IMG/VR virus record: IMGVR_UViG_3300043039_000053
Strand: one strand, 5' to 3'
DNA from: a virus
Length of the DNA stretch: 41,919 nt
Positions 1 to 7,820 of the stretch are shown one piece after another. Under the pieces are notes generated by a model. That model ran no database searches and had not been told where the DNA came from. It saw nothing but the letters and a program-made list of their open reading frames with translations. Positions within the stretch are counted from its first letter, which is position 1; every line of letters begins with the position of its first letter. The position numbers and the translations under genes are program-made.

Positions 1-108
1 TTTGAGAGGTGGTATGACGAGGCCACAAATTACAACGATGGTGTAGCATACTACGTCGGTATTAATGATAGATACTGCTTCTCGGACATAGAAATTGCAT
101 GGCAAGCA
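1..108. repeat. Terminal overlap, identical to 41812-41919 (circularly closed or terminally redundant contig)
   Basis: Direct base-by-base comparison of the two ends gives 108/108 identity in the same orientation. Confidence 0.95.
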
Positions 109-867
109 TGGCAAGCCGCCCGCACCCAAAGTGGGCAGGGTGTGGAGCCGGTGGCGGTGGTTGAGCTAAGCGATTATATCCACCTTTCTGGCGCATCCGC
201 CTCGCAACGCAAGGCCCTGAAAGAGGTTAGTGAGGGGTCAATCCAGAATCTGCCTGTTGGCACAAGGATCTACACCCAGCCCCAGCCCGCCGTGCCGGAG
301 GAATATCGACAAGCATTGCAGGATGCCTACGACATCATCGTTTGCGACGCCAATAGCCCCAAGAACTACGGCTCCTTGTGTCGTATCGGGCACGTTCTGG
401 GCCAGATCACCACCCCCACCACGCCCCAGGCTGATGGGTGGGTTAGGTGTGAGGATCGGTTGCCTACGTACAGAGACTCTGATGAGTACGGCGATGTGTG
501 GGTTATGAGCAAGCTCTATGGCGTAAAAAAGATGTCTTGGTCATCCGTTCGCGCAGACTTTGAGTCGCACTGGATGCCCACCGGCCTCAAGCGCCCACAA
601 CCACCGAAGGAGGCGAGTGATATGTCAGGTTACAGAAATGAATGGCCGTGCTGCGGAGATGAAACGTATACGCAAGGACGGGAGCCGGTACGGTGCCCGT
701 TTTGTGAGATGTGGGAGCTTAAAGAAAAGCTTGAGCAAGCCGATGCGCGGGCAACCAGGCTATCCGAAGCCCTGCAAGTCGCTGTCGATACGCCAGAGCT
801 TGGCGGCGGAACATGGTACGACATGGCGGTGGCGGTACTGGCCGAGCGGGCGGGAGGTGAGCAGTGA
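1..867 (+). CDS. 3' part of a CDS spanning the contig junction (ATG at 41794); hypothetical protein with DUF551-like core and C-terminal zinc-ribbon-like motif
   Basis: Frame 1 is open from base 1 to the stop at 865-867, and the same frame continues from ATG 41794 through the overlap. WVRCEDRLP...HWMP resembles DUF551 (recalled). CCGD...CPFC is a cysteine pair motif. Confidence 0.6.
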   Translation, partial: FERWYDEATNYNDGVAYYVGINDRYCFSDIEIAWQAWQAARTQSGQGVEPVAVVELSDYIHLSGASASQRKALKEVSEGSIQNLPVGTRIYTQPQPAVPEEYRQALQDAYDIIVCDANSPKNYGSLCRIGHVLGQITTPTTPQADGWVRCEDRLPTYRDSDEYGDVWVMSKLYGVKKMSWSSVRADFESHWMPTGLKRPQPPKEASDMSGYRNEWPCCGDETYTQGREPVRCPFCEMWELKEKLEQADARATRLSEALQVAVDTPELGGGTWYDMAVAVLAERAGGEQ

Positions 868-1094
868 AGGTTGAATATAAGGGCTACGAAATCGACGTTT
901 ACCGCGAAAAATGCATGGGCGGATGGGGAATGCTTTATTACAGCGTATTCACTATCGATGGCCATGAGTGCCTGTCGAATTTTGAGGGCAGTGAAGAAGC
1001 CGTCAGAGATAAGATTGGCCAACTGAAAGAGTTGGTAGATGCAGAGCTGAAAAGCGGCGACCCCTTCGGTCTAGCAGAGGAGTACGGCCAATGA
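864..1094 (+). CDS. hypothetical protein (76 aa)
   Basis: GTG start preceded by GGAGGTG. It overlaps the upstream stop (GTGA) and is coupled to the next gene by ATGA. Confidence 0.55.
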   Translation: MKVEYKGYEIDVYREKCMGGWGMLYYSVFTIDGHECLSNFEGSEEAVRDKIGQLKELVDAELKSGDPFGLAEEYGQ

Positions 1095-1522
1095 CCGAAA
1101 CGCCAGAAACCATCTACCTGATCCCCGGCGAGGACGTAGACGGAGCGCCCTGCATGGTCTGGTGCGACGATCCGGCGCCATCCTATGCCTGTGATCCTGC
1201 TGATGCGGTGAAGTATATCCGGGCGGATAAGCACCAGGAGATCATCGACCGGCAGGCAAAAGCTGCATTTAAGGCTCTCGACAACGCAAAGCAGGCCGCA
1301 AGATTGATGCAGGTGCGGGCTGAACGAGTTCTGGCCGAGCACAGCCCCGAAGCGCTTGAAAGCGAGAGAGCTGCGAACGCCGCACTGACTGACCAGGTGG
1401 AGGAGCTCGAAACGATGGCCCGCGTTTTCCGCGACTGCATTGAAACCGGCGTCTTGCCTGAAGCTGGTAGCCAGCTATATCTGAGGCTTATCGGGCTGGT
1501 CGGGGTGGCCGGCCATGACTGA
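1091..1522 (+). CDS. hypothetical protein (143 aa)
   Basis: ATGA overlap with the upstream gene. The ORF is in an operon-like tightly packed series. Confidence 0.6.
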   Translation: MTETPETIYLIPGEDVDGAPCMVWCDDPAPSYACDPADAVKYIRADKHQEIIDRQAKAAFKALDNAKQAARLMQVRAERVLAEHSPEALESERAANAALTDQVEELETMARVFRDCIETGVLPEAGSQLYLRLIGLVGVAGHD

Positions 1523-1745
1523 CTACAAAATCAGGACAACCCAGGTCATGGTACACCCGGCTGATAACCCAACGATCCTGAGCGAGCTCACCACCACGGT
1601 CAGCATTGATGATGAGGGCGGCGGAGAGTGCGTCAAAGCCGAGCAAACAAACACCGGCTCGATATTGATAAACCCGGACGAGTGGCCGGCGATCAGAGAA
1701 GCGATTGACCGGATGATCTCAGAGTGCAGGAGCAGTGACCAATGA
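1515..1745 (+). CDS. hypothetical protein (76 aa)
   Basis: ATG overlaps the upstream stop by 8 nt, and the downstream gene is joined by ATGA. Confidence 0.55.
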   Translation: MTDYKIRTTQVMVHPADNPTILSELTTTVSIDDEGGGECVKAEQTNTGSILINPDEWPAIREAIDRMISECRSSDQ

Positions 1746-2224
1746 CCCAAGGACAATACCAACGCGAGCAAGCCCAAAACCAGGCGGCACTGACCAAAGC
1801 AAAAGGCCGCAGGCTACTTGAGCAGTCCTACGAAGCCCGCGCCATCATGGCTAAGTACACCAACAGGGCCATCGCAGAACGCCACCGCCAGACTGCCGGC
1901 ATGGTCAGCGATATGCGCAACGGTTACGATCCAGTCAAAATGCCCGCGCTGACCTGCCGTCGCATCCGGATGGACTTGATGCGTCACGACGACGCTGCCA
2001 AGCGGTATATGTCCCTCGATGCCATAGCTGACCATCTAAATGTGGGCCGGTCAACCGTCCGCAAGTGGGCGCGGGAGTTTGGATTCGCCAACGAGGGGCA
2101 AGACCAGAAGCGCCCGCCAAGGCCCGCCAAGCCGGTGGCGCTCAGGTGGCCCGGAACGCCGATGGGAAAGTTTGCGGTGATGAGGTTAAGCCGGAATCCG
2201 GCGGATGTGAGAACGTATTACTGA
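1742..2224 (+). CDS. putative DNA-binding protein (helix-turn-helix)
   Basis: 160-aa ORF. The segment LDAIADHLNVGRSTVRKWAREFGF reads as an HTH. It is the last gene of the plus-strand operon. Confidence 0.55.
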   Translation: MTQGQYQREQAQNQAALTKAKGRRLLEQSYEARAIMAKYTNRAIAERHRQTAGMVSDMRNGYDPVKMPALTCRRIRMDLMRHDDAAKRYMSLDAIADHLNVGRSTVRKWAREFGFANEGQDQKRPPRPAKPVALRWPGTPMGKFAVMRLSRNPADVRTYY

Positions 2225-2541
2225 ACTAAAACCCATACCACGGCGGCAGTAACAATGGCCGCCATGCTCAATCCGGCGCCCACAATTTTCATGGCTCGCA
2301 TGAATCCGTTGATATCGCCAGTCATGTTGTGGTAGCTGCTAGATAGATCTTTAATCCCTAATTTTATCTCAGCCTGATCAGCTCTCAGGTATGCCAGCCC
2401 CTCAAATGCCCGCTCCAACTCTGACACGCGAGGTCGAAGGTCCCTGATCTCCGACAACTGGTAGTTGATCGTATGCACCTCTTGCTCCAGACTTCCGACC
2501 CGTTCATGGACATCTGCCATAATACGCCCCGCCTCCTGCAT
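2218..2541 (-). CDS. tail-anchored coiled-coil membrane protein at the end of the lysis cassette (XhlA-like architecture)
   Basis: 107-aa ORF with a heptad-rich N-terminus and a single C-terminal hydrophobic helix (VGAGLSMAAIVTAAVVWVLV). The XhlA comparison rests on recalled architecture only. Confidence 0.5.
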   Translation of the reverse strand: MQEAGRIMADVHERVGSLEQEVHTINYQLSEIRDLRPRVSELERAFEGLAYLRADQAEIKLGIKDLSSSYHNMTGDINGFMRAMKIVGAGLSMAAIVTAAVVWVLVQ

Positions 2542-2550
2542 GCCTCGCCC

Positions 2551-2787
2551 TTACTGCTGGTTTGTTTGCCGGATTATAGCAGACTGGCGCTCCAGCTCCA
2601 TAACGTACACCATAAGGGCCTCGTGATCCGAGTCTGGGTAGCAAACTAAGCCGTCACCGGCCAGGATCGTTAAAGCGCTTGGCCTCGTGGGCATCGGGCC
2701 GCCATTCATCGAGCGGGCGCACCCGACCGTCACCGAACTTATCAGCAGAATACTGAGCACTGTCCGAATCGATCTGTTCACGTTCAT
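2551..2787 (-). CDS. putative outer-membrane spanin (Rz1-like lipoprotein)
   Basis: N-terminal signal ending SSVTVGC, followed by a Pro-containing mature part. It starts inside ORF 2654-2872 in another frame and runs past its end (overlapped spanin layout). Confidence 0.5.
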   Translation of the reverse strand: MNVNRSIRTVLSILLISSVTVGCARSMNGGPMPTRPSALTILAGDGLVCYPDSDHEALMVYVMELERQSAIIRQTNQQ

Positions 2788-2872
2788 CCTGGGCCCGCTC
2801 CTGCTCCTTCCGTCCGGCCAGTCTCTGCAGAACCGAGACCAGCACGGACAGAAGAGCGATCAGTTCACGCAT
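2654..2872 (-). CDS. putative inner-membrane spanin or second small lysis membrane protein
   Basis: ATG 2872 overlaps the holin stop (ATGCGTGA). It has an N-terminal hydrophobic helix (LIALLSVLVSVL) and then a charged region. An alternative start is at 2899. It is short for an Rz-type protein. Confidence 0.4.
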   Translation of the reverse strand: MRELIALLSVLVSVLQRLAGRKEQERAQDEREQIDSDSAQYSADKFGDGRVRPLDEWRPDAHEAKRFNDPGR

Positions 2873-3053
2873 CGTCTTTGCTCTTGGCCTTGCCGACATT
2901 CAAGGCGAGGGCATTAACGATTTTCCGGATAACCTTAATCACGCCGTCGTCCTTCGGTGTTGGCGTCATGGCCGCAATGGCCGACGCGGCCGCAACGACT
3001 AGGCCCGCAATTTCCAAAAGTTCGAACCAGTTAGTAGCGATATAATCAATCAT
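2865..3053 (-). CDS. putative holin
   Basis: 62 aa with one hydrophobic helix (IAGLVVAAASAIAAM) and a Lys/Asp-rich C-terminus. ATGA overlap with the endolysin gene. Confidence 0.5.
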   Translation of the reverse strand: MIDYIATNWFELLEIAGLVVAAASAIAAMTPTPKDDGVIKVIRKIVNALALNVGKAKSKDDA

Positions 3054-3511
3054 GATCTTCCTCCGAGCGGCAAGGACTGAACCGCGGCTATCAGGCTGGT
3101 ATATTTTCCGTTAACCCGCCCCCATTCGGCAGGCGCGCCCATCTTACGGTTTGGCCGCACGTCGCCATGAAACATCGGTAGAGGCTTGCCGCCGTACACC
3201 GTATCAGTATAGACGCCAATGCCCGTAAAGCCGATCTTGCGCATGGTATCAACCACGCCCTCGACTGCGCCACGGGTCGTGACGTGCGGAATAAACCAGT
3301 CAGCAGCCAGCACCTCGCCCCATCGGTCTATATTGTGCGCAGACTCTGAGTTACGGCCAAGCTCCCTGCCGAGGCTGTCCGGGTGCGGGCTTATCACAAT
3401 GGCGCTGCCGATCATATGCCGCAACACGTCAATCATCGTTACGAGGCGGGGCGACATGTCGTCTGCCCAGTCTCGGAACTCTTCGGGGGTGAAGTGCTCG
3501 GTGTAGGTCAT
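3050..3511 (-). CDS. endolysin, peptidase M15-like (zinc D-Ala-D-Ala/L-Ala-D-Glu peptidase type)
   Basis: 153 aa. N-terminal HFTPEEF, then SAHNIDRWGEVLAAD and FHGD supply H, D and H in M15-like spacing. Position is next to the holin. Confidence 0.7.
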   Translation of the reverse strand: MTYTEHFTPEEFRDWADDMSPRLVTMIDVLRHMIGSAIVISPHPDSLGRELGRNSESAHNIDRWGEVLAADWFIPHVTTRGAVEGVVDTMRKIGFTGIGVYTDTVYGGKPLPMFHGDVRPNRKMGAPAEWGRVNGKYTSLIAAVQSLPLGGRS

Positions 3512-3885
3512 ATCAGGTCTTCCTCTGCCGGTATCACCTCAAGACCCCACGCTTGGAACTGCTCATGCGGATCGGTGTTAGCCGCCACCAGAATCTCTCC
3601 CGACTGTATCGCTACCACAGCGGCCTCGGCTTGTGTGCGGTCATACTCAGGCGGTACATGGTCAGGGTCAGGCGGTAGTGTCAGGGTTGACAGGGCATCG
3701 GTGACCACTGGCTTGCAGACGGTGTGTGCGACGGCGTAGGCGGTGGTGCCGCTGGTGTAGGTGGCCTGACGGAAGGTTTCGATGTCTGCCGCACTCTCGC
3801 CCATCAAACAGGCGAGGTGGTTGGCTTTGTCGATCAGGTGTTCAGGTACAGCCAAGGTCAGGGTTTGGGAGTATTGGGTGGTCAT
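3508..3885 (-). CDS. hypothetical protein between fibre and endolysin
   Basis: 125-aa ORF with ATGA overlaps on both sides. Confidence 0.55.
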   Translation of the reverse strand: MTTQYSQTLTLAVPEHLIDKANHLACLMGESAADIETFRQATYTSGTTAYAVAHTVCKPVVTDALSTLTLPPDPDHVPPEYDRTQAEAAVVAIQSGEILVAANTDPHEQFQAWGLEVIPAEEDLI

Positions 3886-5303
3886 AGAGTTATCCCCCCG
3901 AGCCTTGCGTTAAATCGCATTGCGCTTTCTCTATCGGCCCCAAGAGTTTCGCGATCCCTCAAGATCATTCCGTAAAATTCATTTGGAGTTTTGGCAGCCA
4001 AGCCAACGCCGATTGACATAACCCCGTTCGCTGTACTGTGCGATCTAGCCACATCTGTATATGCGTCCAGGTTTACTCCGCCGCCAATTATCGTACCGGA
4101 CTCGAACAGCGCTTCATAAGACCCGATCTCGGTTGCTGTCGCCGCGAATGTATGGCTGCCACCCCTGACATCCACTTTCATTTGACCGGGATTCCCACCG
4201 GAATCAGCAAGAGATCGTTGCGAGAGTTGTGCGGTACTGTCTGCCGCGACACTGAAAAGCCCTGCGTTTTGCGTACGTGAAACCAGCCTGCCAGCCACAA
4301 AAATATGAGATGTATTTGTGCCCGACAGGAATGCCAAATCTGCGGTATCTAGTCGATCGTCAACCCCATCAAACTCCAACCAATGTAATATCCCATCCGT
4401 CCGATAAATAGGCCGTCTTGCCGCAACGGATTGGACGGCGTGGTTTCCCTTCAGCTCTCGTATGGAAACGGAATCAACAGTAATGCCGTCCCAAACCGCT
4501 CTTCCGTCTGTAAAAATGCCCAAGTTAAGGCTAGATGCGCTCAACTTACCAGTGTAGGTGTACGTCGGGCCACTCTGATTGGAAATATCAGTAGACACTA
4601 GTCCCGGACCATAAACTGGCAGCAAGGAAATTTTATCGACCTCGCCAGATAACGTAATACTGAGTTTGTAGGTTTTTGTCTCATCTATATCCGGGAACAG
4701 AAACCGAAATCTAGGGTAATGTACGCTAGTTGATACCGCAGCGTTACTGGCCGTATTTGTAACACTATTCCATTGGCCTGACGAACCCTCATAATCCTGT
4801 ATACGGGGCTCCGGTATCGACTGAACCATTTCTGGCCCAAGCACCAACCCTTGAGACTTATCCAGCATCAACCCAACCGGATCACCATCCGCTGTGACAG
4901 GTGTTGTGCCTGCGGCGTCTTGGTAGAGGGTGGTCAGGTCAGATGGGTCGTACCATGCACCTTGTTCGCCGTTAAGGAATAGCGCTCTCGGGCTCCAGAT
5001 TCGTTCGCCATAAGCCCGAAACGCATCCCCCGCAGTCAACCCCGCCCCAAGCTCAGCATTAATCGCCTCACGCAGCCGGTTTTTGGTCTCGTTGAGTCGT
5101 AGCAGCTTATCTGCCACCGGCCCCGTTAGAGAGCCTACAGACGCCGCCGGAGACTGTGCCCACAGCGCCGAGGGGTAGTCCTCAAACGGCGTGCTTTCGG
5201 TCAACAGGGGGTCGCCACGGTCTGCAAGGACGGCGTTAATGCCCTCCCGCAGCAGTCGCTTGGTGCCGGACAGATAGTCCAACTTATCTCTCACGACGCC
5301 CAT
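3882..5303 (-). CDS. tail fibre / receptor-binding protein
   Basis: ATG at 5303 shares 1 nt with the upstream stop (TGATG); the longer track ORF overlaps the previous gene. 473 aa, last large gene of the tail module. The distal two thirds look more AT-rich by eye. Confidence 0.6.
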   Translation of the reverse strand: MGVVRDKLDYLSGTKRLLREGINAVLADRGDPLLTESTPFEDYPSALWAQSPAASVGSLTGPVADKLLRLNETKNRLREAINAELGAGLTAGDAFRAYGERIWSPRALFLNGEQGAWYDPSDLTTLYQDAAGTTPVTADGDPVGLMLDKSQGLVLGPEMVQSIPEPRIQDYEGSSGQWNSVTNTASNAAVSTSVHYPRFRFLFPDIDETKTYKLSITLSGEVDKISLLPVYGPGLVSTDISNQSGPTYTYTGKLSASSLNLGIFTDGRAVWDGITVDSVSIRELKGNHAVQSVAARRPIYRTDGILHWLEFDGVDDRLDTADLAFLSGTNTSHIFVAGRLVSRTQNAGLFSVAADSTAQLSQRSLADSGGNPGQMKVDVRGGSHTFAATATEIGSYEALFESGTIIGGGVNLDAYTDVARSHSTANGVMSIGVGLAAKTPNEFYGMILRDRETLGADRESAMRFNARLGGITL

Positions 5304-5911
5304 CACACCACCTCGCCGTTGATTGCATCCAGTGCGGCGGAGATCATGCCGATGGCGTTCGCAAGGGTGGCGTAATCTGTCACCTGCTCTGCCACGCCGG
5401 CATTGTTTAGCCACACGCTGCCATCGGTGCTGAGGGCAAAATACTCGCCATCAGTCGTTCCGGCGACGCCCGATGCGGTATCAGCAAACACGCCAGCCAC
5501 ACCGACAATGCCCGCTGCTTCGTCCTTAGCCGCAACCGCCCCGGTTTCTGCCAACTGAGCCGCGTCGCGGGCATTTTCGGCCAACCCCTGCGCCGTTTGC
5601 GCCCCGGTTTCTGCCAGCTGGGCCGCATCCCTCGCATCTTCGGCCCGCCCCTGCGCCGTTTGCGCGCCGGCTTCTGCCAGTTGGGCCGCATCTCGGGCGT
5701 CCTCTGCGCCCTGCGTGGCGTCGGTCACGGCCTGCGCCGTAGCATCGGTTACGGCCTGTACGCCGCCGTCAATGTAATCCGCCTGAGCCTGCAACTCTTG
5801 CCGCAACGGCTCAAGACTCGCGACAAAGGCGTTCGATTTCGGGATGAAAACACTCTCCGGCTCGCCACGCTGCGGGGCTTCCGGTAACGGTGTGGACTGT
5901 GGTGCTGCCAT
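5303..5911 (-). CDS. tail fibre protein with three 21-aa Ala/Gln/Asp-rich repeats
   Basis: 202 aa. The repeat AEDARDAAQLAE(A/T)GAQTAQG occurs three times. It follows the tail-tip gene directly. Confidence 0.6.
   Translation of the reverse strand: MAAPQSTPLPEAPQRGEPESVFIPKSNAFVASLEPLRQELQAQADYIDGGVQAVTDATAQAVTDATQGAEDARDAAQLAEAGAQTAQGRAEDARDAAQLAETGAQTAQGLAENARDAAQLAETGAVAAKDEAAGIVGVAGVFADTASGVAGTTDGEYFALSTDGSVWLNNAGVAEQVTDYATLANAIGMISAALDAINGEVV
5519..5707 (-). repeat. 3 x 63-bp imperfect in-frame tandem repeat inside the fibre gene
   Basis: The GCCCCGG/GCGCCGG landmarks recur at 5538, 5601 and 5664 (period 63). The protein repeats are 21 aa. Confidence 0.85.
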
Positions 5912-5912
5912 G

Positions 5913-7820
5913 TTATAGGCCCTCTACGGTGATGGTGACGTTGGAAAACGCCGGATTGCTCAAGAGTATATCAAACTCGCGGAAGTACCCATACACGATG
6001 GTCTCCTCCAGGTCTACGGAGCCGATCCAGACAATCGGAGTGGCGCGCAGTCTCGCCAGGGTACGCTGCACCGAACCGCCGTAGGCGGGCGGTATCACGG
6101 CGTCAAACTCGGCCCGCTTGGAGAACCGGCGCGGGACGATCTCGAAATTGCCGAATTGGTCGGCCTCCTTGCGACTGAAGTCAATAATCCCGGCGCTGCT
6201 GCCGTACTGCGCGTCACCGATCTGGTAGATGGTGCCGAGCACAACCTCCCCGATGGCAACATCCGCCCCCGCCCCGTCCAACGTGATCTGTATGGTGCCG
6301 TCAATGTAGGCCGGCAAGTCCACGCGGGCCAAGTCCGCCTTGACCAGGTACGGGTCAAAGAAAAAGCCGTACCAGTCCTGCACACCGGAGTTGTCCAGCA
6401 TGCTGATCTCGCCTGTGTCGTACACCAAGCCATCGTCCGGGTCGGTGTAGGTGATCTGCACGGTGGCGGCGTCCACGCTGAACAGGGCCAAGCCGTTCAC
6501 CAGCATACCGGGCGTTACGTCGATCACTAACGGGCTCGGGGCGGTTGTTTTGGAGTCCAGCTTGTTGTCGAACATGCGCAACGGGTTGATGAAGCCGAGG
6601 TCTAGCCAAGTGGGGGCGGGCTTTAGGGTTTCTGGGTCAACTTTGAGAGTTCCGAGGTCTGGGCGGTCGTTGTTGTCTTGTAGGGCTTCGTAGTTGTGGT
6701 TGGCGTAGGTGTAGATGTCGCCGGCGGTGACGGTGGGGTTGATCTGGGTGATTAGGGTGTTGGTTGTCAGATCAACAATGTCGTAGGAGCCGTTTGAATT
6801 GACGCCTAGGAAGTAGTCTGTTGCGTAATGGATAATCTTATAGTTACCGGTCGCCGGCATGGGCGGTAAAGCTGAGTAGTCGGAAAGCAAAAATCGACGA
6901 TTGTAAGGCTGGACCGAGCTTGCTTGAAGCGTAACTTCGGAGCCGTCCAGAGACGCTGACACTCCTTTGTAGGTAGTGCCGGATATAGCGGCCGGTGCTG
7001 ATATGGGGGCCATGTCTGCATAAGCAAAAAATCTGGCATCGCCATCTCCAAAAAAGACTGCGACCTCCGACCTGGTATCGTTTGCCAAAATTACTTCTGG
7101 GTTTGGCGATCCAAATACAGACTCCGCGTGCGTTGCGGCCATGCTGGACGATAGTCTCACAACCAATGTATTCGAGTCCCCGTCGTCTTCCGCCCTGAAA
7201 GATAAAAACGCCTCCCCAGAGGCCGCAATTTTGGGCGGTGCAAGGGATAATGACGCGCCTTCAGTTATCGTTATTCCGGCCAAATCTAAAAGGTCTTCCG
7301 ACAGTATAGTCGCGCCCCAGTTGGAGGCATTGACACGCACGCACCTGAGCTCTGGCGGGAGGGTTGACAGCCCTGACGGCTTATATTCATAGAAGATTAT
7401 CTCTCCCGAGTCTGGCGACCAATTAAGGCGCGACGGCGTGGGGTTCGCATCCCGAGAATACACAACTTGAGATGATGATACGTCGTAAACCTTAACGTAC
7501 GGATTGCCGATCAGGGTAGCGGCCCCCCTATATGCCACAAGGCTCCCGTCTGGGCTTGCGGCTATTTCAACTATGTTGAAAACAGATTCATCTGAAAACT
7601 CTCCGATCTTTTCCCCTGAGTCGAGGTCATAAATGTCAAAAGATCGGACAAAAGATCCGGAAGGCACGCAAAACCCTAGATTCCCGCCGACAGAAACTGA
7701 CCCTGCGCCGGAAAAGCTATTAGAGCGCCCCTCTGGCTCCCAGGGCTGGTATCCGTCCCCCAGCGCATTACTGCTAACGACCCCATCCGCCGTCAAATCC
7801 ATCGGCCTAATAATCTTCAT
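5913..7820 (-). CDS. tail tip / distal tail protein with N-terminal beta-propeller-like repeats
   Basis: 635 aa, ATGA-coupled to the tape measure stop. SPDGSLVAY and WSPDSGEIIF resemble PD40/TolB-type blades. Function is assigned by position. Confidence 0.6.
   Translation of the reverse strand: MKIIRPMDLTADGVVSSNALGDGYQPWEPEGRSNSFSGAGSVSVGGNLGFCVPSGSFVRSFDIYDLDSGEKIGEFSDESVFNIVEIAASPDGSLVAYRGAATLIGNPYVKVYDVSSSQVVYSRDANPTPSRLNWSPDSGEIIFYEYKPSGLSTLPPELRCVRVNASNWGATILSEDLLDLAGITITEGASLSLAPPKIAASGEAFLSFRAEDDGDSNTLVVRLSSSMAATHAESVFGSPNPEVILANDTRSEVAVFFGDGDARFFAYADMAPISAPAAISGTTYKGVSASLDGSEVTLQASSVQPYNRRFLLSDYSALPPMPATGNYKIIHYATDYFLGVNSNGSYDIVDLTTNTLITQINPTVTAGDIYTYANHNYEALQDNNDRPDLGTLKVDPETLKPAPTWLDLGFINPLRMFDNKLDSKTTAPSPLVIDVTPGMLVNGLALFSVDAATVQITYTDPDDGLVYDTGEISMLDNSGVQDWYGFFFDPYLVKADLARVDLPAYIDGTIQITLDGAGADVAIGEVVLGTIYQIGDAQYGSSAGIIDFSRKEADQFGNFEIVPRRFSKRAEFDAVIPPAYGGSVQRTLARLRATPIVWIGSVDLEETIVYGYFREFDILLSNPAFSNVTITVEGL

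Noticed and set aside
5519-5707. Possible CRISPR-like or DGR-like repeat array
   Set aside because: The repeats are contiguous with no spacers, in frame and coding for a 21-aa protein repeat. No reverse transcriptase or cas genes are present in the genome.
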